50,917 nt of DNA from an uncultured Planctomycetales bacterium (GCA_964395295.1 CAYNDR010000003.1:3594-54510); one strand, 5' to 3'; positions 17,601 through 26,184 are shown, counted from the stretch's first letter. Program-made: numbers and translations. Notes: a model not told the origin generated them from the sequence alone.

Positions 17601-17914
17601 TCGCCTTTCTCGATGCCTTTCTGTCCTTCCCGTTCCTCGACGCGTCAGGGCGCAGGCTCATCAATGCCGCCAAGGGTGCCATCCGCCGAGCGCGCTTTCA
17701 GAAGCTCCAGCGGCAGGTGAATGAACTCCAGCGTTCCCAGAAGAAAACAAGGGTCACGCCCGCCGTACTCCTGCAGAAACTCCTGGATGTCTTGAAGGAT
17801 TATCCACTCGAGGAGCCGGCGCCGTCACCCTCGCTTCCCGCCTCACCCATGCGTGTGGAGACGGAACCCGAGATCATTATCTCCGAATCCTTTGCCGGGC
17901 ATCCGATAAAGTGA
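14615..17914 (+). CDS. PLD-family (HKD) nuclease domain fused to an SNF2-family helicase (restriction/defence-type)
   Basis: Start at MTSRFFTNQGD (ATG 14615). PLD motif RLHAKLYIF...ITGSSNLTDAGL. Helicase motif I ADVVGLGKT, motif II VIVDEAHKFRN, motif III LVTATPLNN, and C-terminal STEVLAEGINLH and QRMGRVNRIG. All motifs are intact over 1099 aa. G+C is lower than in the flanks. Confidence 0.9.
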   Translation: MTSRFFTNQGDQTLLRKFKGVFEHNPDIEWFDALVGYLRASGYFAVRPHMEKVPHIRILVGINVDAIMADYHRRGLLFLADPTRALEEVKADLHKDIQSATYSPEVEKGILQFVEDVVSKKIELRAHPTKRLHAKLYIFRPQGFCEHRPGAVITGSSNLTDAGLGTHGDDSNYEFNVLLHDQRDVQFASDEFERLWKESFDILPKVLAEVRDRTYLAAPVTPQELYYKLLAEYFGPAIEYDPDAVADLPDGFKRLTYQIDAVAQGFRLMEKYGGFFLADVVGLGKTVIATLIAKKYFFCNGFPEHRSHTLVVVPPALRDGWESTLGSFRLDNYKIVNNGSLHKIANPEKYDVVIVDEAHKFRNDTAEGFNELQRICKTPTTRVLPDGSRRRKRVMLVTATPLNNRPDDIRNLIALFQDLKGSTLEISNLQHFFAQREKEYRKARLEPKIRDARRQVKQIYETIRTKVISEIIVRRTRTDLREHEEYKRDIEEQGVVFPDIAKPRHVLYPLSRALEDLYDRTMGLLSLTDGSGFTYNRYRAIGFLKPEKKQKYQQADRISLQLAVIMRLLLVKRLDSSFHAFRESLRRFRDATGVMRDMFRKGTIYIAPNLKVTEFLLEGREEELIALIAEQQATDPTIEVCAPDDFEPGFLPGLERDWKLLDGLWGEWEGFKAEDPKFDEFLIRLKGELLDRSINHEGRKLVVFSESRETTEYIARRLAEEGFDRILTVDSSTRASRMPIVRANFDANSSERKHDIDILVSTEVLAEGINLHRANVVVNYDTPWNSTRLMQRMGRVNRIGAVAPRIYIYNFYPTARVDDDIELRKTAVMKLQAFHTALGEDSQIYSVDEEVGTFGLFDRAPEEVERDERLALLMELRQFRRDRPEAFQRVQALPLRARTGRQDIQREAGTVAFIRNRRRDAFYRINAGKSPEEITFLDAAREFRAPDPSEPSVPLPSTHHGQVQSAIQAFREAVIAEALETEIVDARQGPNERRALAFLDAFLSFPFLDASGRRLINAAKGAIRRARFQKLQRQVNELQRSQKKTRVTPAVLLQKLLDVLKDYPLEEPAPSPSLPASPMRVETEPEIIISESFAGHPIK

Positions 17915-19950
17915 ACAGCGCAGAAATGCAATCCGTCCTGAGGATGCCCTACGATCGGGGGCGGTGGCTTAAGCTCTTGCACGAGGTGTTGCCACGGACT
18001 GAGGCCCTTCTGGCCGCCCAGCCTGTGGCTCCCCCGGCAGGCTCGCCGGCGCGTTCCGTGTGGCAGATCGCGCGCATCCCGCTTGCGGAAGGCCGCCATG
18101 TGGCCGTCCTGGAAGTCGAAGTGAACGGCAAGGTCGACCTGCGGCGAAACCGCGTCGGCCTTCGCGACCTTGCGGCGCGTTTTATCGACCCGCAGCAGGC
18201 CCATGCCGTTCTTGGCCTGTTCCGCGGCGAAGAGGAGGACTACCGCTTCTCCTTCGTCGCCCGCACCACGGATTTCGCCCCCGATGGCGATCTTTCCCGC
18301 AGCGAAACTCCGCCGCGCCGCTACACGTACATCCTCGGGCGAGGGCAACCCTGCCGGACCCCTGCCCAGCGCCTCGCCGCCCTTTCCCAGCGGGGCCGCG
18401 ACGCCACGCTTCAGGACTTGCTCGACGCGTTCAAGGTAGAGCCTCTCTTCAAGGAGTTCTTCGGCGACTATCGCCGCATCTTCGAGCGCGTCGAAGAACT
18501 TATCCGCCCCACATGGCCGGACCAGGAGCCTCTGCGCCTCTTCACGCAGCGTCTCTTCAACCGGCTCATGTTCCTCGCGTTCGTGGCCCGCAAGGGCTGG
18601 CTGCGGCTCGGGGCGCGGAACGATTATCTGGCGGCCCTCTGGGATGCCTACACCGCCCGACGCTCCCGGGGCACGAGCTTCTATCGTGACCACCTCGTGC
18701 CCCTGTTCTTTGAGGGTCTCAATCGGACCGACCGCCCGCGCGATGCCATCGATCCCCGGTTCGGCGTCGTGCCCTATCTCAACGGCGGCCTGTTTGAAAG
18801 GGCCGAGGACGGCTCCGACGACCGCGCCGGGATCGTGGTGCCTGACGAGGCGATCAACTCCATCCTTTCCGGGCTCTTTGACCGATACAACTTCACCGTC
18901 GCCGAGAGCACGCCGCTCGACGTTGAGGTCGCCGTAGATCCCGAGATGCTGGGGAAAGTATTCGAGGAACTGGTCACCGGCCGCCACGAGCAGGGGAGCT
19001 ACTACACTCCAAAGCCGATCGTCTCGTTCATGTGTCGTGAGGCGCTCGTGGAATTCCTCGCCGACCGCTGCAAAGGGGAGAGTAGGGCCGCGATTGAGGA
19101 GTTCGTCCACGGCCACAGGGCGGGCGGCCTGCGCAACGCCGAGGGCGTGCTGGAGGCCCTCCGCAAGGTCACAGTCTGCGACCCGGCCTGCGGCTCCGGC
19201 GCCTATCTCCTGGGGATGCTCCATGAGTTGCTTGACCTTCGCACGTCTCTCTTCGCCACCAACCAAGGGCCGGAAGCGGCGACCTCGCACGACCGCAAAC
19301 TGGAGATCATCGAGCGCAACCTCTACGGGGTGGACAAGGACTCCTTCGCGGTAAACATCGCCCGCCTGCGCCTGTGGCTTTCCCTTGCGGTCGAATACGA
19401 AGGGGATGCCCCGCCGGCCCTGCCGAACCTCGATTTCAAGATCGAGCAGGGCGATGCTCTTGCCGGCCGTGACCCGGAGGCCGTCTTCTCCGACACCGAG
19501 CGGCTTACGGCCGTTACAGTCCGCGAATTGCGGGACAGAAAGGCGGACTACCTCCGATCCCATGGCAACGAGAAGGAGGCGCTTCAGCGCAAGATCGACG
19601 GGCTCAAAGCCTCGTTGAAAAGCTGGCTCGCCACGGAGGGGCCCGCGGACGCCTTCCCGTGGGCCATCGAGTTTGCCGTAACTGTTAATCCCTCCAGGGA
19701 GACGAAGCCGCCCCCTGTGTGGGCGCCACCCGGCCGCCGAGCGGCCCGCACCGCTGCATCGGTCCGCGCCCGGCCTTCCCGGAGAGGCCGAGGTGGGACT
19801 GTGGCGAGGATACCTCCCGGTAGGCTGTCGACCCAGGCACCAGGGGCGATGGTCCCAGCGGTCGTTGGTCGGGTCCGTCCAGATTCCGGCGCCGGAGACC
19901 CGGGCGTGGCCCGGCATGAGGCGGCGCCGAGGCCGGAAAAGGGGGGATGA
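17911..19950 (+). CDS. Eco57I-like N6-adenine DNA methyltransferase, apparently truncated before motif IV (likely remnant or pseudogene)
   Basis: The start (GTG 17911 or ATG 17926) overlaps or abuts the SNF2 stop. PEMLGKVFEELV and GSYYTPKPIV (motif X), VCDPACGSGAYLLGML (motif I), NLYGVDKDSFAVNIARLRLWL, FPWAIEFA. Family-like sequence stops at about 19677, where ..EVF..GGFD.V.GNPPY is expected. The remaining 91 aa are Arg/Pro/Gly-rich read-through in GC-rich DNA. Confidence 0.75.
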   Translation: MNSAEMQSVLRMPYDRGRWLKLLHEVLPRTEALLAAQPVAPPAGSPARSVWQIARIPLAEGRHVAVLEVEVNGKVDLRRNRVGLRDLAARFIDPQQAHAVLGLFRGEEEDYRFSFVARTTDFAPDGDLSRSETPPRRYTYILGRGQPCRTPAQRLAALSQRGRDATLQDLLDAFKVEPLFKEFFGDYRRIFERVEELIRPTWPDQEPLRLFTQRLFNRLMFLAFVARKGWLRLGARNDYLAALWDAYTARRSRGTSFYRDHLVPLFFEGLNRTDRPRDAIDPRFGVVPYLNGGLFERAEDGSDDRAGIVVPDEAINSILSGLFDRYNFTVAESTPLDVEVAVDPEMLGKVFEELVTGRHEQGSYYTPKPIVSFMCREALVEFLADRCKGESRAAIEEFVHGHRAGGLRNAEGVLEALRKVTVCDPACGSGAYLLGMLHELLDLRTSLFATNQGPEAATSHDRKLEIIERNLYGVDKDSFAVNIARLRLWLSLAVEYEGDAPPALPNLDFKIEQGDALAGRDPEAVFSDTERLTAVTVRELRDRKADYLRSHGNEKEALQRKIDGLKASLKSWLATEGPADAFPWAIEFAVTVNPSRETKPPPVWAPPGRRAARTAASVRARPSRRGRGGTVARIPPGRLSTQAPGAMVPAVVGRVRPDSGAGDPGVARHEAAPRPEKGG

Positions 19951-19988
19951 ACTTCAGGGACCTCGCGCGTGTAGTGTAGCATGAAACC

Positions 19989-21449
19989 ATGTGCCGGCGG
20001 CATAGACCCCTGAACGGACTCCTCGCGGCCGCGATCGGCCTCCTGCTCGTGGGGAGCGCCCCCGGGGCCGGCGGCACGGTGAAGGTCTATCCCGCGCCCG
20101 CGGGGGAGGAGCTGTCGAAGGATTTCGCCGTGAAGGTCGAGGGGAAGGACGTCCCCGTCAACGCCGCCCGGGTGGCCCCCCGCGACCCGGCGCGCCGCTG
20201 GAAGGCGATGGACGACAAGAAGAACTCCGCCGACTACTTCGAGACGGCCTCGTTCGCGTATTTCGACATGCAGGGGGCGGTCAAGGTGGCCGTGACCTGC
20301 CCCGAGGATATCCGGGAGGCCCGGGTCCTGCCCGCGTCCTTCAAGATCGTCCCCGCCGTCCAGGGGAAGGGCCTGACGTTCACGATCCCGGAGCCCCGGA
20401 ACCTCGTCCTCGAGGTGAACGGGAACTGGGTCAACTCGCTCCAGGTCTTCGCCAACCCCATGGAGGCCGGCGCGCCGGCCCCGAACGATCCCAACGTGAT
20501 CTACTACGGGCCCGGCATCCACGAGGTGACCCGCGTGGTCGTGGGCGACGGCAAGACCGTCTACGTCGCCGGCGGCGCGGTGGTGCGGGCGGTCATCGGG
20601 CCGGACGAGAAGTTCTCGATCAGCGGCTACAGCGGCCTGAAGAACTACCCCCCGACCTTCGATCTCCGGGGGAAGAACATCGCCTTCCGCGGCCGCGGGA
20701 TCGTGGACGCGGGGCGATGCACGACCCACGCGCGCCATCCGCTCTACGTGCAGGGGCAGGACATCTCGATCGAGGGCGTGATCCTCCGCGATTCGAGCAC
20801 CTGGACGATCCCGATCCGCCGGTCGGACCGGGTGACGGTGAAGAACGTCAAGCTCATCGGGTACCGGGCGAACTCGGACGGGATCGACATCTGCAACAGC
20901 CGGGACGTGACGGTGGAGGGGTGCTTCATCCGGACGCTCGACGACCTCATCGTGGTGAAGTCGGACAAGGGGCAGGGGGAGGTGCGCCGCATCGTCGCGA
21001 AGAACTGCGTGCTCTGGAACGAGGTGGCGCACGCCCTGAGCGTGGGGGCGGAGCTGAGGGACCCGGTGGAGGACGTCCTCTTCAAGGACTGCGACGTGGT
21101 CCGCGACAAGGGGCGCGAGTGGTCCATGCGGGTGTACCACTGCGACTCGGCGAAGATCGCCAACATCCGGTTCGAGGACATCCGGATCGAGGAGTCGCAG
21201 AAGCTGATCTCGCTGTGGATCGGGAAGGCCGTCTGGACGCGGGACGAGGAGCGGGGGCGCATCCAGGGGGTGGTCTTCAGGAACATCCGGGCCGCGGCCG
21301 AGAAGCCGCGCATCGAGCTCACGGGATTCGACGAGGGGCACGCGGTGGAGGGCGTCACGTTCGAGAACGTGGCGGTCAACGGGAAGCCGCTGGCGCCGGC
21401 CGAGGTCAAGTCGAATGCCTTCGTCCGGGACGTCAAGGTCCGGCCGTAA
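19989..21449 (+). CDS. Secreted right-handed beta-helix glycoside hydrolase (GH28-like)
   Basis: Signal-like LLAAAIGLLLVGSAPGAGG. GH28-type motifs ANSDGIDICNS, FIRTLDDLIVVKS and HALSVGAE in parallel beta-helix repeats. Confidence 0.7.
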   Translation: MCRRHRPLNGLLAAAIGLLLVGSAPGAGGTVKVYPAPAGEELSKDFAVKVEGKDVPVNAARVAPRDPARRWKAMDDKKNSADYFETASFAYFDMQGAVKVAVTCPEDIREARVLPASFKIVPAVQGKGLTFTIPEPRNLVLEVNGNWVNSLQVFANPMEAGAPAPNDPNVIYYGPGIHEVTRVVVGDGKTVYVAGGAVVRAVIGPDEKFSISGYSGLKNYPPTFDLRGKNIAFRGRGIVDAGRCTTHARHPLYVQGQDISIEGVILRDSSTWTIPIRRSDRVTVKNVKLIGYRANSDGIDICNSRDVTVEGCFIRTLDDLIVVKSDKGQGEVRRIVAKNCVLWNEVAHALSVGAELRDPVEDVLFKDCDVVRDKGREWSMRVYHCDSAKIANIRFEDIRIEESQKLISLWIGKAVWTRDEERGRIQGVVFRNIRAAAEKPRIELTGFDEGHAVEGVTFENVAVNGKPLAPAEVKSNAFVRDVKVRP

Positions 21450-21463
21450 GGGAGGTCGAGAGC

Positions 21464-22558
21464 ATGCGGGTTCATGGACTGCTCGCGCTGTGCCTGCTCG
21501 CGCCGGTTGCCCAGGAGCCGCGGCACCCCCCGCTCCCCCTCGGGTCGAAGGCGGTCGACTTCTCCCTCCCCGGCGTGGACGGGAAGACGCACGCGCTCAA
21601 GGACTTCGATTCCGCGAAGCTCCTGCTCGTGGTCTTCGACACGGTCCACTGCCCGACCTCGCAGAGGTACACGGACCGCCTCAAGAAGATCGCCGAGGAC
21701 TACCGGGACAAGGGCGTGGCCGTGGCGGCGATCTCGCCCAGCTGTCCGGAGGCGGTGCGCATGGACGAACTGGGCTACACGGATCTCGACGACTCCTTCG
21801 AGTCGATGAAGATCCGCGCGCGGGACAAGGGGATCAACTACCCGTTCCTCTACGACGGTGAGCCCAACGCGGTCTCGCAGGCCTACGGGCCGGCGGCGAC
21901 GCCCCACTGCTTCCTCTTCGACGGCGAGCGGAACCTCCGGTACGCCGGCCGGATCGACGATTCGCCGAAGGGGGGGGGCTCCGTCAAGAGCCATGACTTG
22001 CGCAACGCCATCGACGCTCTCCTGGAGGGGAAGGCGCCGCCCGTGGCGTCGACCCGTCCGGTGGGCTGCTCCACCAAGTGGCCGCATAAGAAGGATTCGG
22101 TGAAGGCGTACAACGAGCGGATCGCCCGCGAGCCCGTGGCGGTCGAGCCGGCGGACGCCGAGGCGGTCCGGGCGGTCCGGAAGAACGATTCGGGCAAGGT
22201 GCGCCTGGTCCACGTGTGGTCCCTCTCAGACGCCTCCCAGCTCGCGAAGGTGTGCACCGCGAACCACTGGTACCGCCGGCGCAACTTCGAGCTCACGACG
22301 GTGGCGATCGGCGACCCCAGGCGGAAGGAGGAGGTCCTGGCCGCGCTCAGGAAGGTCTTCCCGCCCGCCTCGAACAAGAATCTCCTCGCGGGGGATGCCG
22401 ACGCGGTGCGCGAGGCGCTCGGCGCCGGCGGGGAGGGCGGGCTCCCGTTCACCCTGCTGGTAAGCGCCGCGAACGAGGTCCTGTACGCCAAGCGGGGCGA
22501 GGTGGACGACCTGGAGCTCCGGAGGGCCGTCGTCCGGAACCTCAAGGTCGTCGATTAG
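21464..22558 (+). CDS. Secreted two-domain thioredoxin-fold protein (AhpC/TSA-redoxin-like)
   Basis: ATG at 21464 after AAGGGAGG. Signal peptide MRVHGLLALCLLAPVAQE. AVDFSLPGVDGKTHALKDF...LLVVFDTVHCPTSQ (a TxxC peroxiredoxin-type motif, not CxxC). PHCFLFD. Confidence 0.7.
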   Translation: MRVHGLLALCLLAPVAQEPRHPPLPLGSKAVDFSLPGVDGKTHALKDFDSAKLLLVVFDTVHCPTSQRYTDRLKKIAEDYRDKGVAVAAISPSCPEAVRMDELGYTDLDDSFESMKIRARDKGINYPFLYDGEPNAVSQAYGPAATPHCFLFDGERNLRYAGRIDDSPKGGGSVKSHDLRNAIDALLEGKAPPVASTRPVGCSTKWPHKKDSVKAYNERIAREPVAVEPADAEAVRAVRKNDSGKVRLVHVWSLSDASQLAKVCTANHWYRRRNFELTTVAIGDPRRKEEVLAALRKVFPPASNKNLLAGDADAVREALGAGGEGGLPFTLLVSAANEVLYAKRGEVDDLELRRAVVRNLKVVD

Positions 22559-22566
22559 CCCCGGCC

Positions 22567-24717
22567 TTACTTGGCCAGCCGGTAATACGACTCGCCGATG
22601 CGGACGATCACGTCGGCGTCCAGCGTGGCGACCGGGTTAAGCTCCGGATTCTCCTCCAGGAGCTTGAAAAACTCGTCCGAGTAGTACTTCACCGTCACGG
22701 GATCGGCCTTCTCGGGCGTGTCGGCCTCCCGCCAGATCCCGCCCCGCAGGAAGAAGGTCCGGCGCCCGACGATCCTGATCGTCTTGACCTCGACCTCGTT
22801 GCCCTCGGCGTCCTTGTAGCCGGGCGCTCCCCCCCCGAATCCGTTCTGGACCCTGGCCCCCCGGCGCAGTTCTCCCTTTGTCGCCGCGAGGGTCGTCGCG
22901 GGCTTGCCGGCCGCCGCTCCCTCGTAGGCTTTCAGCGCGCGCTCGGCCTCGGAACGCCCCCTCTCGCGATCCCCCAGCGCGATGTCCTCCCGCACCAGGT
23001 ACGACGTGTAGGGCGTCAGTATTCCGTATTTCATCGAGAGCCGGATCACCTCGTCCACCAGCTCCTGCGATTTTCCGTACAGCTGGATCTGGTCCAGCAG
23101 CTGTCCGATCTGCCGCTGCGCCCACAGCCGCTCCACGAACAGCTTCTTCGTCCCCTCCGACCGCTCCTCGAACACCACCTCGAACTCGAAACGCTGTTCC
23201 CGCCCCATCGCCATCCCCGTCACCGCGATCCTCGCCGGTCCCGCCCCCTCGTACCGCCCCGACAGCACGATCTGGCCCCCCCGGAACAGGTCCGGCGCCT
23301 GCCGCGGCAGCAGGTCCCGGGGGCGGATCCCCCCCCAGTCCACCTTCACGTCCGCCAGCACCGGGGACTGCACCTTCGAATAGAAACCGCTCACCCGCGT
23401 CTCCAGGTTCTCCGCCGGCTTCACGTACTCCGAGTCCCCGCGGTTCTCCCGCGCGATCTTGTCCAATAGCATCGTGTTCACGTCGTACCCCACCCCGAAC
23501 GTGAACACCCGCACCTTCGCGGCGTTCGCCCCCGCCACGTTCTCCACGATGTCCCCGACCTGGGTCACCCCGACCGTCGGCAGCCCGTCCGTCAGGAACA
23601 CCACGATCTTCACCCGATCCCCCGCCTCGAACAGCGACAGCGCCTCCGTCAGGGCGTCGTTGATGTTCGTCCCGCTGTCCGCCTCGATCTTGAACACGTA
23701 CGCCGCCGCCTTCTCCTTCTCCGCTTCGCTGAACGTGGCCAGCCTGTCCGCGTACTTTTCCACGCGGTCGTTGAAGGCCACCACCCCGAAGCGGTCCCCG
23801 GCGTTCAGGCTCCTCAGGCAGTACGTCAGCGCGTCGCGGGCTTGCCCGATCTTGTTGTCCATCCTCATGCTGCCCGACTTGTCCAGCACGAACACGATGT
23901 CCTTCGGCTCCACCCGGCCGCCGGTCTCCACGCGGGGGGAGGCCAGGAACAGGAAGAAGCCGGGGTCCCGGGGATCGGGCCGGTACGTCAGCAGGCTCGC
24001 CCCGATCTCCCCCTCGTCCGTCGAGTAATAGAGCTCGAAGTCCGTCCGCGGGATGTCTTTCCGCACCGACCACGTCGCCCGCGCCGTCGTCTCGCTCCCG
24101 CGGGCCACGTTGATCGCGTGCGTCGGCGAGTAGACCGTCTTGATCTTCCCCTTCGAGCGGACCGTCACCTCCACGCGCGCCTCCTCCAGGGGGTACTTCG
24201 AGAACTTCTCCGTGTTGAGCGGATAGGCGTACCGGATGAGCCCCGACTCCTTCTTCAGGAGCTCGCTGTACCGGATCCTCAGGTGCTTCTCCTCGTCCGG
24301 CGCGAACGGGAAGACGCTCGACCGGTACACCCCCAGCCCCACGTACTCCAGGAGCGCCGGGTCGCGCTTGGAGCGGACGATGTCGTTGTAGATCTGGCGG
24401 GCCTTGTCGGCCGGGAGGATCTCCCCCTCCACCTTGCGCTCTCCCATCCACATGTCGAAGCCCGAGATATGGGCGTCCTTGGGGACGGGGAAGAGGTAGA
24501 CCGCCTCCGACATCTGCCCCGAGATGTTCCTGATCACCTGGTCGATCTCGGTCACGGCCTGCTGGTCGTCGATCGAGACGGTGACGATGTGGTTCTTCAC
24601 GGTGAAGAGGTCGGCCACCGGCCGGGGGTGGCGGCGGTCGACGATGAAGCCGTCGGCCCACGCGGCGGCGGCCATCGAGAGGCAGGCGAGGGAGGCGAGC
24701 AGGGTTCTCATAGGCAT
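22567..24717 (-). CDS. VIT domain + von Willebrand factor A domain protein (secreted)
   Basis: Start MPMRTLLASLACLSMAAAAWA (ATG 24717 or 24711). N-terminal VIT-like region, then a VWA MIDAS motif in IVFVLDKSGSM...GTNINDAL...VVFLTDGLPT. The upstream 112 aa of the track ORF are rejected. Confidence 0.85.
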   Translation of the reverse strand: MPMRTLLASLACLSMAAAAWADGFIVDRRHPRPVADLFTVKNHIVTVSIDDQQAVTEIDQVIRNISGQMSEAVYLFPVPKDAHISGFDMWMGERKVEGEILPADKARQIYNDIVRSKRDPALLEYVGLGVYRSSVFPFAPDEEKHLRIRYSELLKKESGLIRYAYPLNTEKFSKYPLEEARVEVTVRSKGKIKTVYSPTHAINVARGSETTARATWSVRKDIPRTDFELYYSTDEGEIGASLLTYRPDPRDPGFFLFLASPRVETGGRVEPKDIVFVLDKSGSMRMDNKIGQARDALTYCLRSLNAGDRFGVVAFNDRVEKYADRLATFSEAEKEKAAAYVFKIEADSGTNINDALTEALSLFEAGDRVKIVVFLTDGLPTVGVTQVGDIVENVAGANAAKVRVFTFGVGYDVNTMLLDKIARENRGDSEYVKPAENLETRVSGFYSKVQSPVLADVKVDWGGIRPRDLLPRQAPDLFRGGQIVLSGRYEGAGPARIAVTGMAMGREQRFEFEVVFEERSEGTKKLFVERLWAQRQIGQLLDQIQLYGKSQELVDEVIRLSMKYGILTPYTSYLVREDIALGDRERGRSEAERALKAYEGAAAGKPATTLAATKGELRRGARVQNGFGGGAPGYKDAEGNEVEVKTIRIVGRRTFFLRGGIWREADTPEKADPVTVKYYSDEFFKLLEENPELNPVATLDADVIVRIGESYYRLAK

Positions 24718-25122
24718 CTCCGCATTTCTGATCCTTGGACGCCGGGGGGGCCGGGCGGGGTTCCCGAAAAAGCCCCGGCCGGCGCCTCGCCGTCCTCCAT
24801 GAGGAGTTGGCGGGAGGGGGGGAAAGGTTACCGGATCAGGAACGCGCTCTTCGTCAAGACGGAGTCGTTCGCCCGACCTCCCGAGCTGTCGCCCCATCCC
24901 GGCCACGGGCGCCACTGGTTCGGCAATGCCGAGGGCTGCTTCCTGATCGGCGATGCCCCGGGCGAGGGGATGAAGAAGCTGCTCTCGGGCGCGGCGCGAT
25001 AACCTGCCGGGCGGCGCGCCGCATGAGCCGGCGGTGGGCGAGGCAACGGTCATGCCCGTCGAGCTTTTCGCCTCCGCAAGGAGACTCGCCGGATGTTGCG
25101 GGAACGGGGAATCCCGGCCCGC

Positions 25123-26184
25123 TCAGGCGGTTTCCCGAGTCCTCCCTAGGGCACGGCGGGGGGAGCCGCCGGGGCCGGGATTCGTGGAGGCGCGGACGAC
25201 GAGATCGGGGGGCAGGACCTTGCGGACGAACTCCCCCTTCCGCCGCCGTCTCGCCAGCTCCAGCGCCGCCTCCACCGCCCGCCGGCCGATCTCCTCCTTG
25301 GGCTGGCGCACGGTCGTCAGGGGCGGGTTCGCGTACGCGCTGAAGGGCAGGTCGTCGTGGCCCGCCACGAGGACGTCCTTCCCGGGCCTGAGGCCGCGCT
25401 CCGAGAGGGCCAACATGGCCCCCAGGGCGATCGCGTCGGTGGCGCAGAAGAGGGCCGGGGGAGGGGGGGCCTCCCGGAGGTGCGCCTTCATGTTCTCGTA
25501 CCCGAACTCCTCGGTGTCGCGCCCCGCACGGCTGTTCGTGAGGGGGATGAGGACGGGCCGGGCCCCCCGGGCGGCCGCGGCGTCCAGGTAGCCGCGCTCG
25601 CGGTCCACGATGGCGCTGTTGAGCCGGCCGTGGGCACTGCCGAGGTAGGCGGCGGGGCGGCGGCGTTCGAGCAGGTGCTCCGTGACGAGGCGGGCCCCCT
25701 TGTAGTGGTCGTTCATGACATAGTGGCACTTCCGCTTGAAGAATCGGTCGATGAAGACCACCGGCACGGCCCGCTCGGCGCGCTCCCAGAGGCCGCGGTT
25801 CTCCCCGCTCATGACGGGGGCCACGACGAGGCCGCGGACCCGCAGGGCGAGGAGGTTCCGGAGGATCTGCTCCTCCAGCGCGGCCTGCCCGTAGGAGCAC
25901 TGGACGACGACCTGGGTGCCGCGCCCGCGGGCGGTCCGGTCCGCGGCCTCGATGATCTCGCCGTAGAAGGGATCGGTGATCTGGCTGACGATGAGGCCCA
26001 GGAGGTTCGCCCGCCCCCGGACCAGCCCCACGGCGTGGGGGTTCGGCGTGTAGTCGAGCCTCCGGCAGACCGCCAGGATCCTCTCCCGGGCGGCGGGGCG
26101 GACGGTGCGGTCGCCGTTGAGGGCCTTGGAGACCGTGTAGCGGGAGAGGCCCGCCGCGCGCGCCACGTCGGCCATCGTCGCCAT
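25123..26184 (-). CDS. LacI family transcriptional regulator
   Basis: N-terminal HTH MATMADVARAAGLSRYTVSKALNG, followed by a periplasmic-binding-protein-like sugar-binding core (LLGLIVSQITDPFY..., FCATDAIALGAM). Confidence 0.9.
   Translation of the reverse strand: MATMADVARAAGLSRYTVSKALNGDRTVRPAARERILAVCRRLDYTPNPHAVGLVRGRANLLGLIVSQITDPFYGEIIEAADRTARGRGTQVVVQCSYGQAALEEQILRNLLALRVRGLVVAPVMSGENRGLWERAERAVPVVFIDRFFKRKCHYVMNDHYKGARLVTEHLLERRRPAAYLGSAHGRLNSAIVDRERGYLDAAAARGARPVLIPLTNSRAGRDTEEFGYENMKAHLREAPPPPALFCATDAIALGAMLALSERGLRPGKDVLVAGHDDLPFSAYANPPLTTVRQPKEEIGRRAVEAALELARRRRKGEFVRKVLPPDLVVRASTNPGPGGSPRRALGRTRETA

Noticed and set aside
13477-19950. Classifying the nuclease / PLD-SNF2 / methyltransferase block as DISARM, BREX or a Type I/III R-M system.
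   Set aside because: No DrmA/DrmB (DUF1998) genes, no PglZ/BrxC/BrxL, no HsdS/HsdR or Mod/Res-type partners are present in or next to the block. Only a partial resemblance (DrmD/DrmMI-like) can be claimed.
24718-25122. A 405-nt gap between the VIT-VWA and LacI genes. It contains a GC hairpin (about 24749-24780, GGCCGGG...CCCGGCC) and a plus-strand ORF tail ...HPGHGRHWFGNAEGCFLIGDAPGEGMKKLLSGAAR ending at 25002.
   Set aside because: The hairpin lacks a U-tract on either strand. The ORF tail has no start context or recognisable family and belongs to an artefactual 386-aa ORF. It could be a 5' UTR or a gene relic, but I cannot support a feature.
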